Source of the DNA: Microcoleus sp.
GTDB taxonomy: Bacteria > Cyanobacteriota > Cyanobacteriia > Cyanobacteriales > Microcoleaceae
Direction of reading: 5' to 3'
DNA: 64,000 nt
Assembly: GCA_052279835.1 (NCBI GenBank)
Contig: CP181291.1
Coordinates: 224,001 to 288,000 of the forward strand
A program made the position numbers and the translations under genes. The notes beneath the pieces are model-generated. The model saw nothing but the letters and a program-made list of their open reading frames with translations. It did no database searches and had not been told where the DNA came from. Below are positions 10,334 to 19,374 of the stretch, in pieces. The first letter of the stretch is position 1; the number at the start of each line of letters is the position of its first letter.

Positions 10334-11701
10334 ATGCAGGAACAATTGATGGAAGCGATCGCACCCTACCGCGATCGGGTAGATTATCTAGAAGTTCGCC
10401 TCGAACAAAGCGAGTCAACAGCCATTAGTTTTCGTGGGCCTCAGTTGGATGCTGTCAACCGCAGTTTTAGCCTCGCTGGTGGAATCCGCGCCTGTCACAA
10501 AGGTGGCTGGAGTTTTGTCACTTTTAATGGTTTGGCTGAATTAAAAGACCGTATTGAAGAAGCTGTAATTCAGTCTCGCTTAGTAGGTAGCGAAAAAACT
10601 ATACTAGCAGATGTCACCCCGATTCAAGATTATGTAGCGGTGGAATTAGGTGGCGATCCTCGCTCGATTACTTTAGCCCAAAAGCGACAATTGCTGGAAT
10701 CTTACAACCAATTGTTATTAGATTATGACCCGCGGATTCAGACTACAATGGCCGGTTATAGCGATCGATTTGGGATTACTTATTTTGTAAATTCCCAAGG
10801 CACTTCCATCGCTCAAGAGCGATTGGATGTCACCGGACGTTTTGGCGCGATCGCCCGTGGTGACGGCGGCATTGTCCGCCAAGGGTTTGAGTCCATTCAT
10901 TCGCGATCGGACTACAATGTCTTGACAAATATTGAAGATCGTGTTAAAAGTGCGGCTGTTCGAGCTGTCAGTCAACTAGAAGCAAAATCAGTCAAAGGTG
11001 GCCAGTATCCAGTCATTTTAGACCCTTATTTATCAGGGGTATTTATTCACGAAGCTTTCGGCCATTTATCGGAAGCAGACGGCATTTACGAAAACCCCAA
11101 AATGCAGGAATTGTTGACCTTGGGCAAACCAGTCGCCATCGAACAATTGAATGTCATCGATGATGCCACCTTACCAGGATTACCGGGAACATTGAAATAC
11201 GACGACGAAGGCGTACCCGCCCAGTGCAAGCATTTAATTAAAAATGGGGTGTTAACCACTCGAATGCACAATCGGGAAACAGCGGGCAAAATGGGCGAAA
11301 GTCCCACGGGAAATGCGCGGGCTTTGAGTGCTACTTTTATGCCCTTGGTGCGCATGACTAATACGGCGATCGAATCGGGAGAAAATTCTTTTGATGACAT
11401 GATTGGTGACATCGCAGAAGGAGTTTATGCAGTGCGGATGCTGGGAGGACAAACCAACGGTGAGATGTTTACCTTTGCAGCGGCTCAAGGTTACATGATT
11501 CGCGACGGCAAATTAGCAGAACCTGTGAGTGATGTCACCTTAAGTGGTAACGTATTTCAGACCCTCAAGGACATTGAGGCGATCGGAAATGACTCAGTTT
11601 ATGCCTACGGCGGTTGTGGTAAAGGCGGCCAGGGCGGTTTACCAGTCAGTGTCGGCGGCCCCCATTTACGGATTAAAAATGTGGTTGTCGGAGGCAGATA
11701 A
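10334..11701 (+). CDS. tldD: TldD/PmbA-family metalloprotease (TldD type)
   Basis: HEAFGH zinc motif, DDEGV, RMTNT, C-terminal CGKGGQ..PVSVGGP. Confidence 0.88.
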   Translation: MQEQLMEAIAPYRDRVDYLEVRLEQSESTAISFRGPQLDAVNRSFSLAGGIRACHKGGWSFVTFNGLAELKDRIEEAVIQSRLVGSEKTILADVTPIQDYVAVELGGDPRSITLAQKRQLLESYNQLLLDYDPRIQTTMAGYSDRFGITYFVNSQGTSIAQERLDVTGRFGAIARGDGGIVRQGFESIHSRSDYNVLTNIEDRVKSAAVRAVSQLEAKSVKGGQYPVILDPYLSGVFIHEAFGHLSEADGIYENPKMQELLTLGKPVAIEQLNVIDDATLPGLPGTLKYDDEGVPAQCKHLIKNGVLTTRMHNRETAGKMGESPTGNARALSATFMPLVRMTNTAIESGENSFDDMIGDIAEGVYAVRMLGGQTNGEMFTFAAAQGYMIRDGKLAEPVSDVTLSGNVFQTLKDIEAIGNDSVYAYGGCGKGGQGGLPVSVGGPHLRIKNVVVGGR

Positions 11702-11970
11702 TCCTGAATAACTCATAAAAAACCCCCGTTGCTAAAAAGCTTGCTGTATCAGCATTCTTCAGCTCGATCTTCTTCTTTCCCCCCTAGGGGGCAGGGCTGT
11801 TTCATTCTCCAAAAAAAGAGGGCTTTGTAGGGGTAGTGCCCCCGTGCCTACCCCCCCCCACCAACTCTCTTCTCTTGCTTCGCGTACTTCGCGCCTTCGC
11901 GGTTAAATCATTCCGATACAACCGGAATTGATATGACTTCTTGCTTCTACTTAATCCTGATTGACTAATA

Positions 11971-12005
11971 AAAAACCCCGGTTGCTTCAAGCAACCGGGG
12001 TTTTT
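11971..12005. terminator. Bidirectional terminator-like hairpin between tldD and pirA
   Basis: AAAAACCCCGGTTGCTT-C-AAGCAACCGGGGTTTTT perfect inverted repeat with A and T tracts. Confidence 0.75.
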
Positions 12006-12127
12006 GTCTACGGAATAACAGAGGAGTGAACTTTCACAGGTATTGATGGCAAGAACTCTGCATTTCTCACACAATCACTTGACCTGCACAGACAAATTCT
12101 AGACGACAAATTGTTGTGTTCGCTGAT

Positions 12128-12277
12128 TTAAAGCTGTCTCATTTCTTCTTCCAGCACCCGAACCAAATCTTGATTGCCACTGGCTTTCGCTACTTCGATG
12201 CGGTGCATCAGTTGCTTCTGAATATTAGCTCGGTGGGTTTCAGCAATTTTTTTGACGTTTTGGCGATTTGTGTTCAT
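12128..12277 (-). CDS. pirA: PirA-like PII-interacting small protein (49 aa; not in ORF track)
   Basis: Hand translation MNTNRQNVKKIAETHRANIQKQLMHRIEVAKASGNQDLVRVLEEEMRQL; the HR..IQK.L.HRIEVAK..GN..L...LE.E pattern matches cyanobacterial PirA as recalled; AAGGA RBS-like sequence upstream. Confidence 0.82.
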   Translation of the reverse strand: MNTNRQNVKKIAETHRANIQKQLMHRIEVAKASGNQDLVRVLEEEMRQL

Positions 12278-12346
12278 GGTGGACGTTCCTTATATTAAAT
12301 TTGGTGTAACCAGCTACTCCTTTAATATAGCGCGAAATTGCAAAAA

Positions 12347-12360
12347 GTATCTAAATTTAC
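12347..12360. promoter_or_regulatory. NtcA box upstream of pirA
   Basis: GTA-TCTAAATT-TAC (GTA-N8-TAC) with A/T flanks, 17 nt upstream of a minus-strand TATATT -10 (12324-12329), so it overlaps the -35 region. Confidence 0.7.
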
Positions 12361-12376
12361 AAAAAGTTTATAAATA

Positions 12377-12405
12377 TTGACCTAGGGACCACAATACTGT
12401 ATAAT
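12377..12405 (+). promoter_or_regulatory. Near-consensus sigma70-type promoter with no downstream sense ORF
   Basis: TTGACC-N17-TATAAT. Confidence 0.55.
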
Positions 12406-12487
12406 AGACTGCGAAAGTCTATAGCGAAATCTTGACAATCAAAAACCAGAGGACATCGGGCATCGGTAGCCGTCTGTCCCCTCTCCC

Positions 12488-13648
12488 TTAAATTTGTGCC
12501 AAAGCCTTTGCCAAATGCTGAAGGTGTGCCAACTCATGAGTTGCCATCAGCGAAATCCGAATTCGACTCACACTCACAGTCGGAGGGCGAATGGCGGGGG
12601 CAAAAATACCCATCTCCTTCAGTTTGCTACTAGCGGTTAAAGCTGTGGCTGCATCCTTTAAGGGAAAACTGAAAATGGGGGAGAGTGAATTGGTAATCGG
12701 TAATTGGTAATGGGCGATCGCCTCATCTGTGAAATTTTGGATATTTTGCTGTAGCTTCCGTCGTCGATCGGGTTCTTGCTGTACAATCTTCACAGCTTCC
12801 AAAGCAGCAGCCGTGTCCGCTGGTGTCAATCCCGTAGTATAAATCCAAGTCGGGGCTCGATTGCGCAGAAAATCAATCGCAGCAGCATCCCCTGCAACAT
12901 AGCCACCCAAACTTCCCAAAGCTTTGCTGAGTGTACCCACTTGAATCAAGGTTTCTCCCGTACACCCGAAATGTTCCACACAACCAGCGCCCCTAGCGCC
13001 CAAAACTCCTGTAGCGTGAGCTTCGTCTACTAATACCATACAGTTAAATTGTTTGGCCACCGCTAACAACTGCGGTAACGGGCACAAGTCTCCATCCATA
13101 CTGAAGACGCTATCGGTAACAATTAAACACTTGCGGTATCGATCGCGATGTTCATTCAGCAGAGCCCTTAAATCCTCAACATTGCAGCGATCGTATTCTA
13201 GAGTCTGAGCTTGGCTGAGTGTGGCTCCATTTTTCAGGCTGGAATGGTTGTACTTGTCAGATAATATCAAATCCCGTTTGCCCACGAGGGAGGCGATCGC
13301 CCCTAAATTCGCCAAATATCCCGAACTAAAGACTAAAGCATCCTCAGTTTGTTTTAAATTAGCAATACTCTGTTCTAGCTGTCGGTGCAAATCGCGGTGC
13401 CCGCCCACTAGCCTCGAACCAGTCGTACCCGTACCAAATTCCTTAGTTGCAGCCATCGCCGCTTGAATCAACCTATCATCCCCCGCAAGTCCCAGATAAT
13501 CGTTGCTAGCAAAGTTAATTAGCCAGTCCCCGGCTAATTTTACCCTAGGGCCTGGACAACTTTCGATCGATTGTGGCGATCGATACCAATTGGCGCGGTG
13601 AATAGTGTCTAAATCCTTCTCTATCCAAGCATAAGGGTCAGCGTTCAT
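12488..13648 (-). CDS. bioF: 8-amino-7-oxononanoate synthase
   Basis: [46 protein letters not shown] (PLP lysine), AIRPPTV. Confidence 0.95.
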   Translation of the reverse strand: MNADPYAWIEKDLDTIHRANWYRSPQSIESCPGPRVKLAGDWLINFASNDYLGLAGDDRLIQAAMAATKEFGTGTTGSRLVGGHRDLHRQLEQSIANLKQTEDALVFSSGYLANLGAIASLVGKRDLILSDKYNHSSLKNGATLSQAQTLEYDRCNVEDLRALLNEHRDRYRKCLIVTDSVFSMDGDLCPLPQLLAVAKQFNCMVLVDEAHATGVLGARGAGCVEHFGCTGETLIQVGTLSKALGSLGGYVAGDAAAIDFLRNRAPTWIYTTGLTPADTAAALEAVKIVQQEPDRRRKLQQNIQNFTDEAIAHYQLPITNSLSPIFSFPLKDAATALTASSKLKEMGIFAPAIRPPTVSVSRIRISLMATHELAHLQHLAKALAQI

Positions 13649-13714
13649 AGTGGAAAGCGATCGAGTAATAAGTTATATTGTCTGATAATCAGTTCCTCAA
13701 TTTCTCAAAAGCAT

Positions 13715-14650
13715 ATGTCAGACACTCAAAAATACAGATTAGTCACCCGCAGCGATTTTGACGGTCTTGTCTGTGCCGTTTTACTCAAAGAACTCGATAT
13801 TATCGAAGAAATTAAATTCGTTCATCCTAAAGATATGCAGGATGGAAAAATCGAAATAACCAACAACGATATTACCACAAATTTACCCTATGTTGAAGGT
13901 GCTCATCTAGTTTTCGACCACCATTTCAGCGAAACTCTCCGACACGAAAAAATCCAAAAAAACCATATCATCGACCCCTATGCAGCATCCGCAGCCAGGG
14001 TACTATACAAATATTATGGAGGTCCAGCCAAGTTTCCCGACATTTCCGAAGCAATGATGGAAGCTGTTGACAAATCCGACTCCGCTCAATTTTCTGAATC
14101 CGAAGTTTTACATCCAGAAAAATGGGTATTGCTCAACTTCATTATGGATGCCAGAACAGGATTAGGCAGATTTAAGGAATTTACTGTTTCCAACTACCAG
14201 TTAATGATGGAATTAATTGATTACTGCAAAAACCACAAAATCGAAGAAATATTAGAACTTCCTGACGTCAAAGAAAGAGTAGAACTCTACTTCGAGCACG
14301 AAGAAAAATTTAAACAACAATTACAGCGTTGTGCCAAAGTTTATGACGATCTAGTTGTTTTAGATTTGCGAAACGAAGAGATTATTTATGCAGGAAATCG
14401 CTTTGTAATTTACGCTTTGTTCCCCCAATGCAATATATCAATTCACGCACTTTGGGGACTTAAGCAACAAAATACTGTTTTCGCCGTTGGCAAATCAATT
14501 TTTAACAAAACTTCTCAAGTAAATATTGGACATTTAATGTTAAGATATGGTGGTGGCGGACACATGAATGCCGGAACTTGTCAAATTGAAAATGACAAAG
14601 CTAGTAAAGTTTTGAATGAATTAATTGCACAAATCGATCAAGATAGTTGA
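13715..14650 (+). CDS. DHH-family phosphoesterase (exopolyphosphatase/NrnA-like)
   Basis: RSDFDG, FDHH motif and C-terminal GGGGH..AG (DHHA1-like). Confidence 0.8.
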   Translation: MSDTQKYRLVTRSDFDGLVCAVLLKELDIIEEIKFVHPKDMQDGKIEITNNDITTNLPYVEGAHLVFDHHFSETLRHEKIQKNHIIDPYAASAARVLYKYYGGPAKFPDISEAMMEAVDKSDSAQFSESEVLHPEKWVLLNFIMDARTGLGRFKEFTVSNYQLMMELIDYCKNHKIEEILELPDVKERVELYFEHEEKFKQQLQRCAKVYDDLVVLDLRNEEIIYAGNRFVIYALFPQCNISIHALWGLKQQNTVFAVGKSIFNKTSQVNIGHLMLRYGGGGHMNAGTCQIENDKASKVLNELIAQIDQDS

Positions 14651-14849
14651 AGAAACAAGAAGGGAAACTTAATTCTTCTACCACCCTTATTTGGTAATGG
14701 GTAAGGAGTAATAGGCGAAGTGGAGGCCAGAAATAATCGTCTGTAGCTAACAAACTCTCAAATTACCAATCCGGCAATTACCTATTACCTATTACCCATT
14801 ACCGACGGGCCAGGTTTACCTCATGTTACTGAGAAAGGTTATATTCTCG

Positions 14850-15065
14850 TTATTGTTGTTTTTCAACATCTACAGATTGCGAACTATTACCTTTCACCGA
14901 GGGTAAATGGTCTACCAAACCCATATCAAAAGCGACATCCGGCAATTCAGAAACCTGATATTTACCCGGTTCAAACAATCGTCCAGGAGTAAAACAAGGC
15001 TGTTTTAATTGTACAATTTCTCCCGGTGCAAACATTCCTCTAAATCTTTTACTTTCCAGGGCCAT
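14850..15065 (-). CDS. Small hypothetical protein, probably co-transcribed with the upstream glycosyltransferase
   Basis: 71-aa ORF starting 11 bp after the GT stop, ATG start with AGGA upstream. Confidence 0.6.
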   Translation of the reverse strand: MALESKRFRGMFAPGEIVQLKQPCFTPGRLFEPGKYQVSELPDVAFDMGLVDHLPSVKGNSSQSVDVEKQQ

Positions 15066-15076
15066 AATTTTTATTC

Positions 15077-16198
15077 CTAAAACAACTGTCTCATTAATCT
15101 TAGCAACTTTCTAGCCGTCGCTTCCCAATTAAATAAATCCGCCGTCTCTCTGGCTTTTTCAGCCACCTGAAAACGTCTGGAATCTGCAACAATGTTCCGT
15201 AATTGCTCTCGAACAGACTGAAGATTTGGTTCCGCCCAGTGAGGAGAATTGCTAATTTTCAGATGATGAGTATCATAACACAATCCTACGGGAATTAGAT
15301 CGTAAGAAATCGGATAGCAGTTGTCAATATTAGCATACTCGGTCGGGCCGCCGTAAAGAGGCATGGCCACGGGCAAACCTGCGGCAAAAGCATCCAAAAT
15401 CTTGATGGCAAAACCCTCGCCACGAAAGGGAGCTAAAAAAGCATCGGCGGATAAGTATAAATTCGCTAGTTCTTGTTTGTCAAAAAACTTAGGTATTATT
15501 TCAACTTTTGGTTTAAACCTACCAAATCTATGTTGAAAATCCCTAATTATTTCTACGATAACGTCAGGGTTTTTGCCACCGTCTTTGATAATTAATTCAA
15601 CATTAGATTCATGTTGAAATTCTTGACAAAAAGCTTCAATGGCAATATCTGTACCAAATCTAGAGAAATCAAAAGAATTGGTCATGTGCAGAATAGACGT
15701 TACATAGGGTGGGTTTTTGGGAGCTTTTTTAGCATAGAGTTCCGAGATTAAAGGATTGAATCCCAAAGGAAGGACGGAGATGTTATTGGCGGGACATCCT
15801 GCTTGGATTAAAACATTTTTAGAATACTCGCTCACAGCAAGTTTGTGAGATGAAGTGTTGACAGCATCGTACATCCAATAATCGAATTCATCATGGTTGG
15901 TGGCGAATTCATAGTTGATGGCAAAAAACTCTAAATTTAGATGACCATTGAGTTCTTTTAAAAAATAGGGTTTCCAGTAATGAGACCATTTTATTTGAAA
16001 CAAATCCGATGGATGGTTACTCCTCCACTTGGCGATGAGACTGTTTTCTTCTGCCGTGCAAATGCGCTGCATACGAGGTGTAACTTCTGAGTCTTCGACG
16101 GAAATAGGAATCCCCATTTTGTCTAAGGCTTTAGCTAAGGAGAGTGTGATATCTGTGAAGGAGTTGAAGTGTTGAAATCCGATGTTAAAATGAACCAT
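15077..16198 (-). CDS. GT-B (GT4-like) glycosyltransferase
   Basis: AVSEYSK..L, VLPLGF, LYLSADAFLAPFRGEGF..ILDAFAAGLPV, FNWEATA. Confidence 0.85.
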   Translation of the reverse strand: MVHFNIGFQHFNSFTDITLSLAKALDKMGIPISVEDSEVTPRMQRICTAEENSLIAKWRSNHPSDLFQIKWSHYWKPYFLKELNGHLNLEFFAINYEFATNHDEFDYWMYDAVNTSSHKLAVSEYSKNVLIQAGCPANNISVLPLGFNPLISELYAKKAPKNPPYVTSILHMTNSFDFSRFGTDIAIEAFCQEFQHESNVELIIKDGGKNPDVIVEIIRDFQHRFGRFKPKVEIIPKFFDKQELANLYLSADAFLAPFRGEGFAIKILDAFAAGLPVAMPLYGGPTEYANIDNCYPISYDLIPVGLCYDTHHLKISNSPHWAEPNLQSVREQLRNIVADSRRFQVAEKARETADLFNWEATARKLLRLMRQLF

Positions 16199-16300
16199 TT
16201 TTAATATTTTTGAATTTTGAGTTTACTCGTTACCAGGAATTATCCAAGGGAGGCAGAGCCTCTAGATATGTGTTCCCAGGAAAATGGTTATTATCACCAA

Positions 16301-16440
16301 CTAATAACTAATAACTAATAACTAATAACTAATGACTAATGACTAATGACTAATAACTAATAACTAATGACTAATGACTAATGACTAATGACTAATGACT
16401 AATGACTAATGACTAATGACTAATGACTAATGACTAATAA
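16301..16440. repeat. Heptamer tandem repeat (CTAAT[A/G]A) x about 20, STRR type
   Basis: Continuous CTAATAA/CTAATGA units abutting the CLC stop codon. Confidence 0.95.
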
Positions 16441-19248
16441 CTAATTTGCCGATCGCACTAAAATGATTGTACACTCACACCCGCGCGCCACAGCCTCCGG
16501 GATATTCCCGTGCATCACCTGTTTGAGCAGTCCTTCACGGCTAGCTCCCAAGACGATCGCATCACACTGGTCATTTTGAGCTAAATCAATTAAAGCATCA
16601 GACACAGACTTAGCGCAAACCGAAGTTGAAATTACCTGACAGCCCACCTGGCGCTTGAGAAACTCCCCGGCTTGCTGCAATTCATCGCGATTCGGTGATG
16701 CGACAGAAGGCTGGTGTACCTGACATAATCTAATCTCCGGTACTTGACTCGCCGCCACAAAAGCAGGTAACAGTCGCAAAGCCGCCGCTTGCTTGTAACC
16801 ACCACGAATTGGCACCAGCCAACGCTGCAATCCCATCAGCGTGTGTAATCCCAATTCCTCGGTTTGAATATCGGAATGTGGCGCAGAAATTTCTTCAGTT
16901 TGAAACTCAGGATTTGTGATTTGAGATGGGGAATTTTCTACCATGTTTATATTAGTTAAATCCAGAGATTCTTGACTCAATGCTTTTTTCGGGATTCCTA
17001 TTTTGTCTCCCCAGCCTCTTTTTTGCCCTTTTTGTAATAACTTTTCACTCCATTTTACTAAAACAACTTCACAACCAGCTTGCCGAATTACGGTATCTAC
17101 AACATCGCCAAAAATGCGTCCAGTGGTCGATTTTTCGCCTTGCCAGCCCATCAAAATCAGATCGATATGTCGCTCCCTAATTATCTCTAAAATCGCATAA
17201 GCAACGTCGTGAGATACCCGTATTTGGGTGTGTAGTGGAACATCCCAATGGCGGGCGATGCGCTCGGCTTGTTGCAGCAGGCGTCGGCCTTTTGTTGTGC
17301 GCACGGCGCTTTCTGAAGGAGAACTGTTGCGGGGTACTAGCATGATTTGCACGCATTCTAGTTCGTAGTTGCGATCGCGCGCAATTGTCGCCGCCAGTCG
17401 TAGCAAAGCTGGTGCTGTGTAGGGATTCGACAGCGGTACTAACAAGCGACCATTTCCTACCTGGGGAGCTCTGGTTTGATATACAACATAAGAAGGTTCT
17501 GGACTTGTCCCCTGTTTTGTTTCTCCGCTCAATCTATTGGACTCAACTCGAATAATATCACTCCGGGTAATAATGCCTATTAAATGTCGTCCTTCTGTGA
17601 CTGGTAAGCGGCTGAGATTGTACTTGCTAAGCCTGTGTAAAACTTCGCTTAAAGTATCGTTTGCTGTCACAGTTATTGGCTGGGAAGTCATAAATTCTTT
17701 GAGTAGCGCATTGCCCAAAAAATTACGTTTTTTGGCATTAGCTAAATCTGATTGACTGACAATTCCCACTAATTTTCCAGCTTCCACTACTGGAAAACCT
17801 CGGTGAGTCGATCGCGAAAAAGCCTGCATTACTTCATCAAAAGTCAGTTGACTCGAAAGAGTTTCAACTTGGCGCTGCATGACATTAGCTGCGTACAAGT
17901 CACTCAAACCATCAACAGCAGGTTTATCTTTTTTCAGTTGGATACCGTTAAACTGCAAAAGGCGATCGTACAAAGAGCCACTGTCCACCTTTTCCGCAAC
18001 TAAATAAGCCACTACAGAACAAATCATCAAAGGTAGCACCAACTTGAAATCCGCCGTAATTTCAAACACAATAACTACCGCCGTAATCGGAGCCCTAGAA
18101 ACCGCACAAAAAAAAGCTCCCATTCCCGCCAAAGCATAAGTAACCGGCAAACCAACACCAAGCCAATCTGCCTGTAATATTCCCACCATATGACCTAGGG
18201 CAGAACCCAGAACTAGGGAAGGTGCAAATAATCCTCCCGGTGCTCCTGAAGCAGCAGATATAATAGTCAAACAAAAGTGAGCAATAAAAGCAATTAAACT
18301 TGTGACACCGCTAGCTTCTCCGGTTAGTAAAAATTCGCGCAATCCAGTATTATTACGGAAATTTTCTGGCAATAATGCTATTACTAAACCGCAAATAAAT
18401 CCAGCTAAAGCTATTCTAAAAGGTAAGGCAAGTTTGAGAGTTTTTCTATTAAATTTCAATCCCGCCAGAATTCCTTTACTGAACAAAGCTCCCAGGAAGC
18501 CTGCTAAAACTCCTAACAGTACATAAAACGGAATTTCCCCAGCCGAAAAACTGGTTTGGTACTCTCGTAAATTGAGATTTAAACTATCACCGCCCAAAAT
18601 TTGTGAGACAACCGCACCAATGAAAGAAGCAATAATGGCAGTACCTAAAGTCAGCCCTGAAACATCGTGCAGTAGTTCTTCGACGACAAACAAAACCCCT
18701 GCAATGGGAGCATTAAAACCCGCAGCTAATCCCGCCGCAGCGCCACAAGCAATCAATTGTCGGCGGTAGTCTGGAGAAGTTGGCATTAAGTGACCAATCC
18801 AGTCGGCCAAAGACGCTCCAATTTGGACAGTGGGGCCTTGTCTACCCAGGGTTAAACCGGAACCAACTGCTAAAATAGTGGTGAGAAGTTTAGCAACAGC
18901 TACTCGTAAATTTAAAGAAAGATTGACACCAGAAAGAGCAGCTTTGACATGGGGAATGCCACTACCCGCAGTTTCAGGAGCCCAACGTTCCACCAAAAAA
19001 CCTGTCAGCAACCCGCCGCATAAACCGACAGCCGGAAGTAAGATTACTGCGGGAATTAATGTTGAGGTAGCTACTCGCCAACTGCCGAGCCATCCGACTC
19101 CTAATTTGAGTAAAACACCAGCCAATCCTGAAATTAAGCCAATCAGACAAGCTTCAAAGATAGCGAGGCGTTTCGGGCGTAAAAACAGTTGAGATTCGAT
19201 GACCCTGGAAGATTCCCTAAATTGTTTAGGGATAGGAATATACCGCAT
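16441..19248 (-). CDS. CLC-family anion transporter/channel with CBS pair and two USP domains
   Basis: GSGIP, GRQGP, AAGFNAP, GGLFAP and SLY motifs; CBS (GFPVV..GIVS, LPVT..GIITRSD); USP (LLVPLSNP..DLILMGW, DAIVLGASREG). Confidence 0.93.
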   Translation of the reverse strand: MRYIPIPKQFRESSRVIESQLFLRPKRLAIFEACLIGLISGLAGVLLKLGVGWLGSWRVATSTLIPAVILLPAVGLCGGLLTGFLVERWAPETAGSGIPHVKAALSGVNLSLNLRVAVAKLLTTILAVGSGLTLGRQGPTVQIGASLADWIGHLMPTSPDYRRQLIACGAAAGLAAGFNAPIAGVLFVVEELLHDVSGLTLGTAIIASFIGAVVSQILGGDSLNLNLREYQTSFSAGEIPFYVLLGVLAGFLGALFSKGILAGLKFNRKTLKLALPFRIALAGFICGLVIALLPENFRNNTGLREFLLTGEASGVTSLIAFIAHFCLTIISAASGAPGGLFAPSLVLGSALGHMVGILQADWLGVGLPVTYALAGMGAFFCAVSRAPITAVVIVFEITADFKLVLPLMICSVVAYLVAEKVDSGSLYDRLLQFNGIQLKKDKPAVDGLSDLYAANVMQRQVETLSSQLTFDEVMQAFSRSTHRGFPVVEAGKLVGIVSQSDLANAKKRNFLGNALLKEFMTSQPITVTANDTLSEVLHRLSKYNLSRLPVTEGRHLIGIITRSDIIRVESNRLSGETKQGTSPEPSYVVYQTRAPQVGNGRLLVPLSNPYTAPALLRLAATIARDRNYELECVQIMLVPRNSSPSESAVRTTKGRRLLQQAERIARHWDVPLHTQIRVSHDVAYAILEIIRERHIDLILMGWQGEKSTTGRIFGDVVDTVIRQAGCEVVLVKWSEKLLQKGQKRGWGDKIGIPKKALSQESLDLTNINMVENSPSQITNPEFQTEEISAPHSDIQTEELGLHTLMGLQRWLVPIRGGYKQAAALRLLPAFVAASQVPEIRLCQVHQPSVASPNRDELQQAGEFLKRQVGCQVISTSVCAKSVSDALIDLAQNDQCDAIVLGASREGLLKQVMHGNIPEAVARGCECTIILVRSAN

Positions 19249-19374
19249 AAATAGGGTTTATTACCTGAAATTTTTAGCTGTTACCAGACTTTAACAACAA
19301 AATCCATCGATTGGACAAAATATAACTAATATTTAACCGCAGATACACGCAGATTAACGCGAATTAATTATACA

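Noticed and set aside
11802..12074. 90-aa minus-strand ORF
   Set aside because: Runs through a terminator hairpin and dispersed repeat fragments
12116..12298. 60-aa + strand ORF
   Set aside because: Antisense to the better supported PirA-like gene
12306..12317. GTAACCAGCTAC as a second NtcA site
   Set aside because: Spacing is GTA-N6-TAC, not N8
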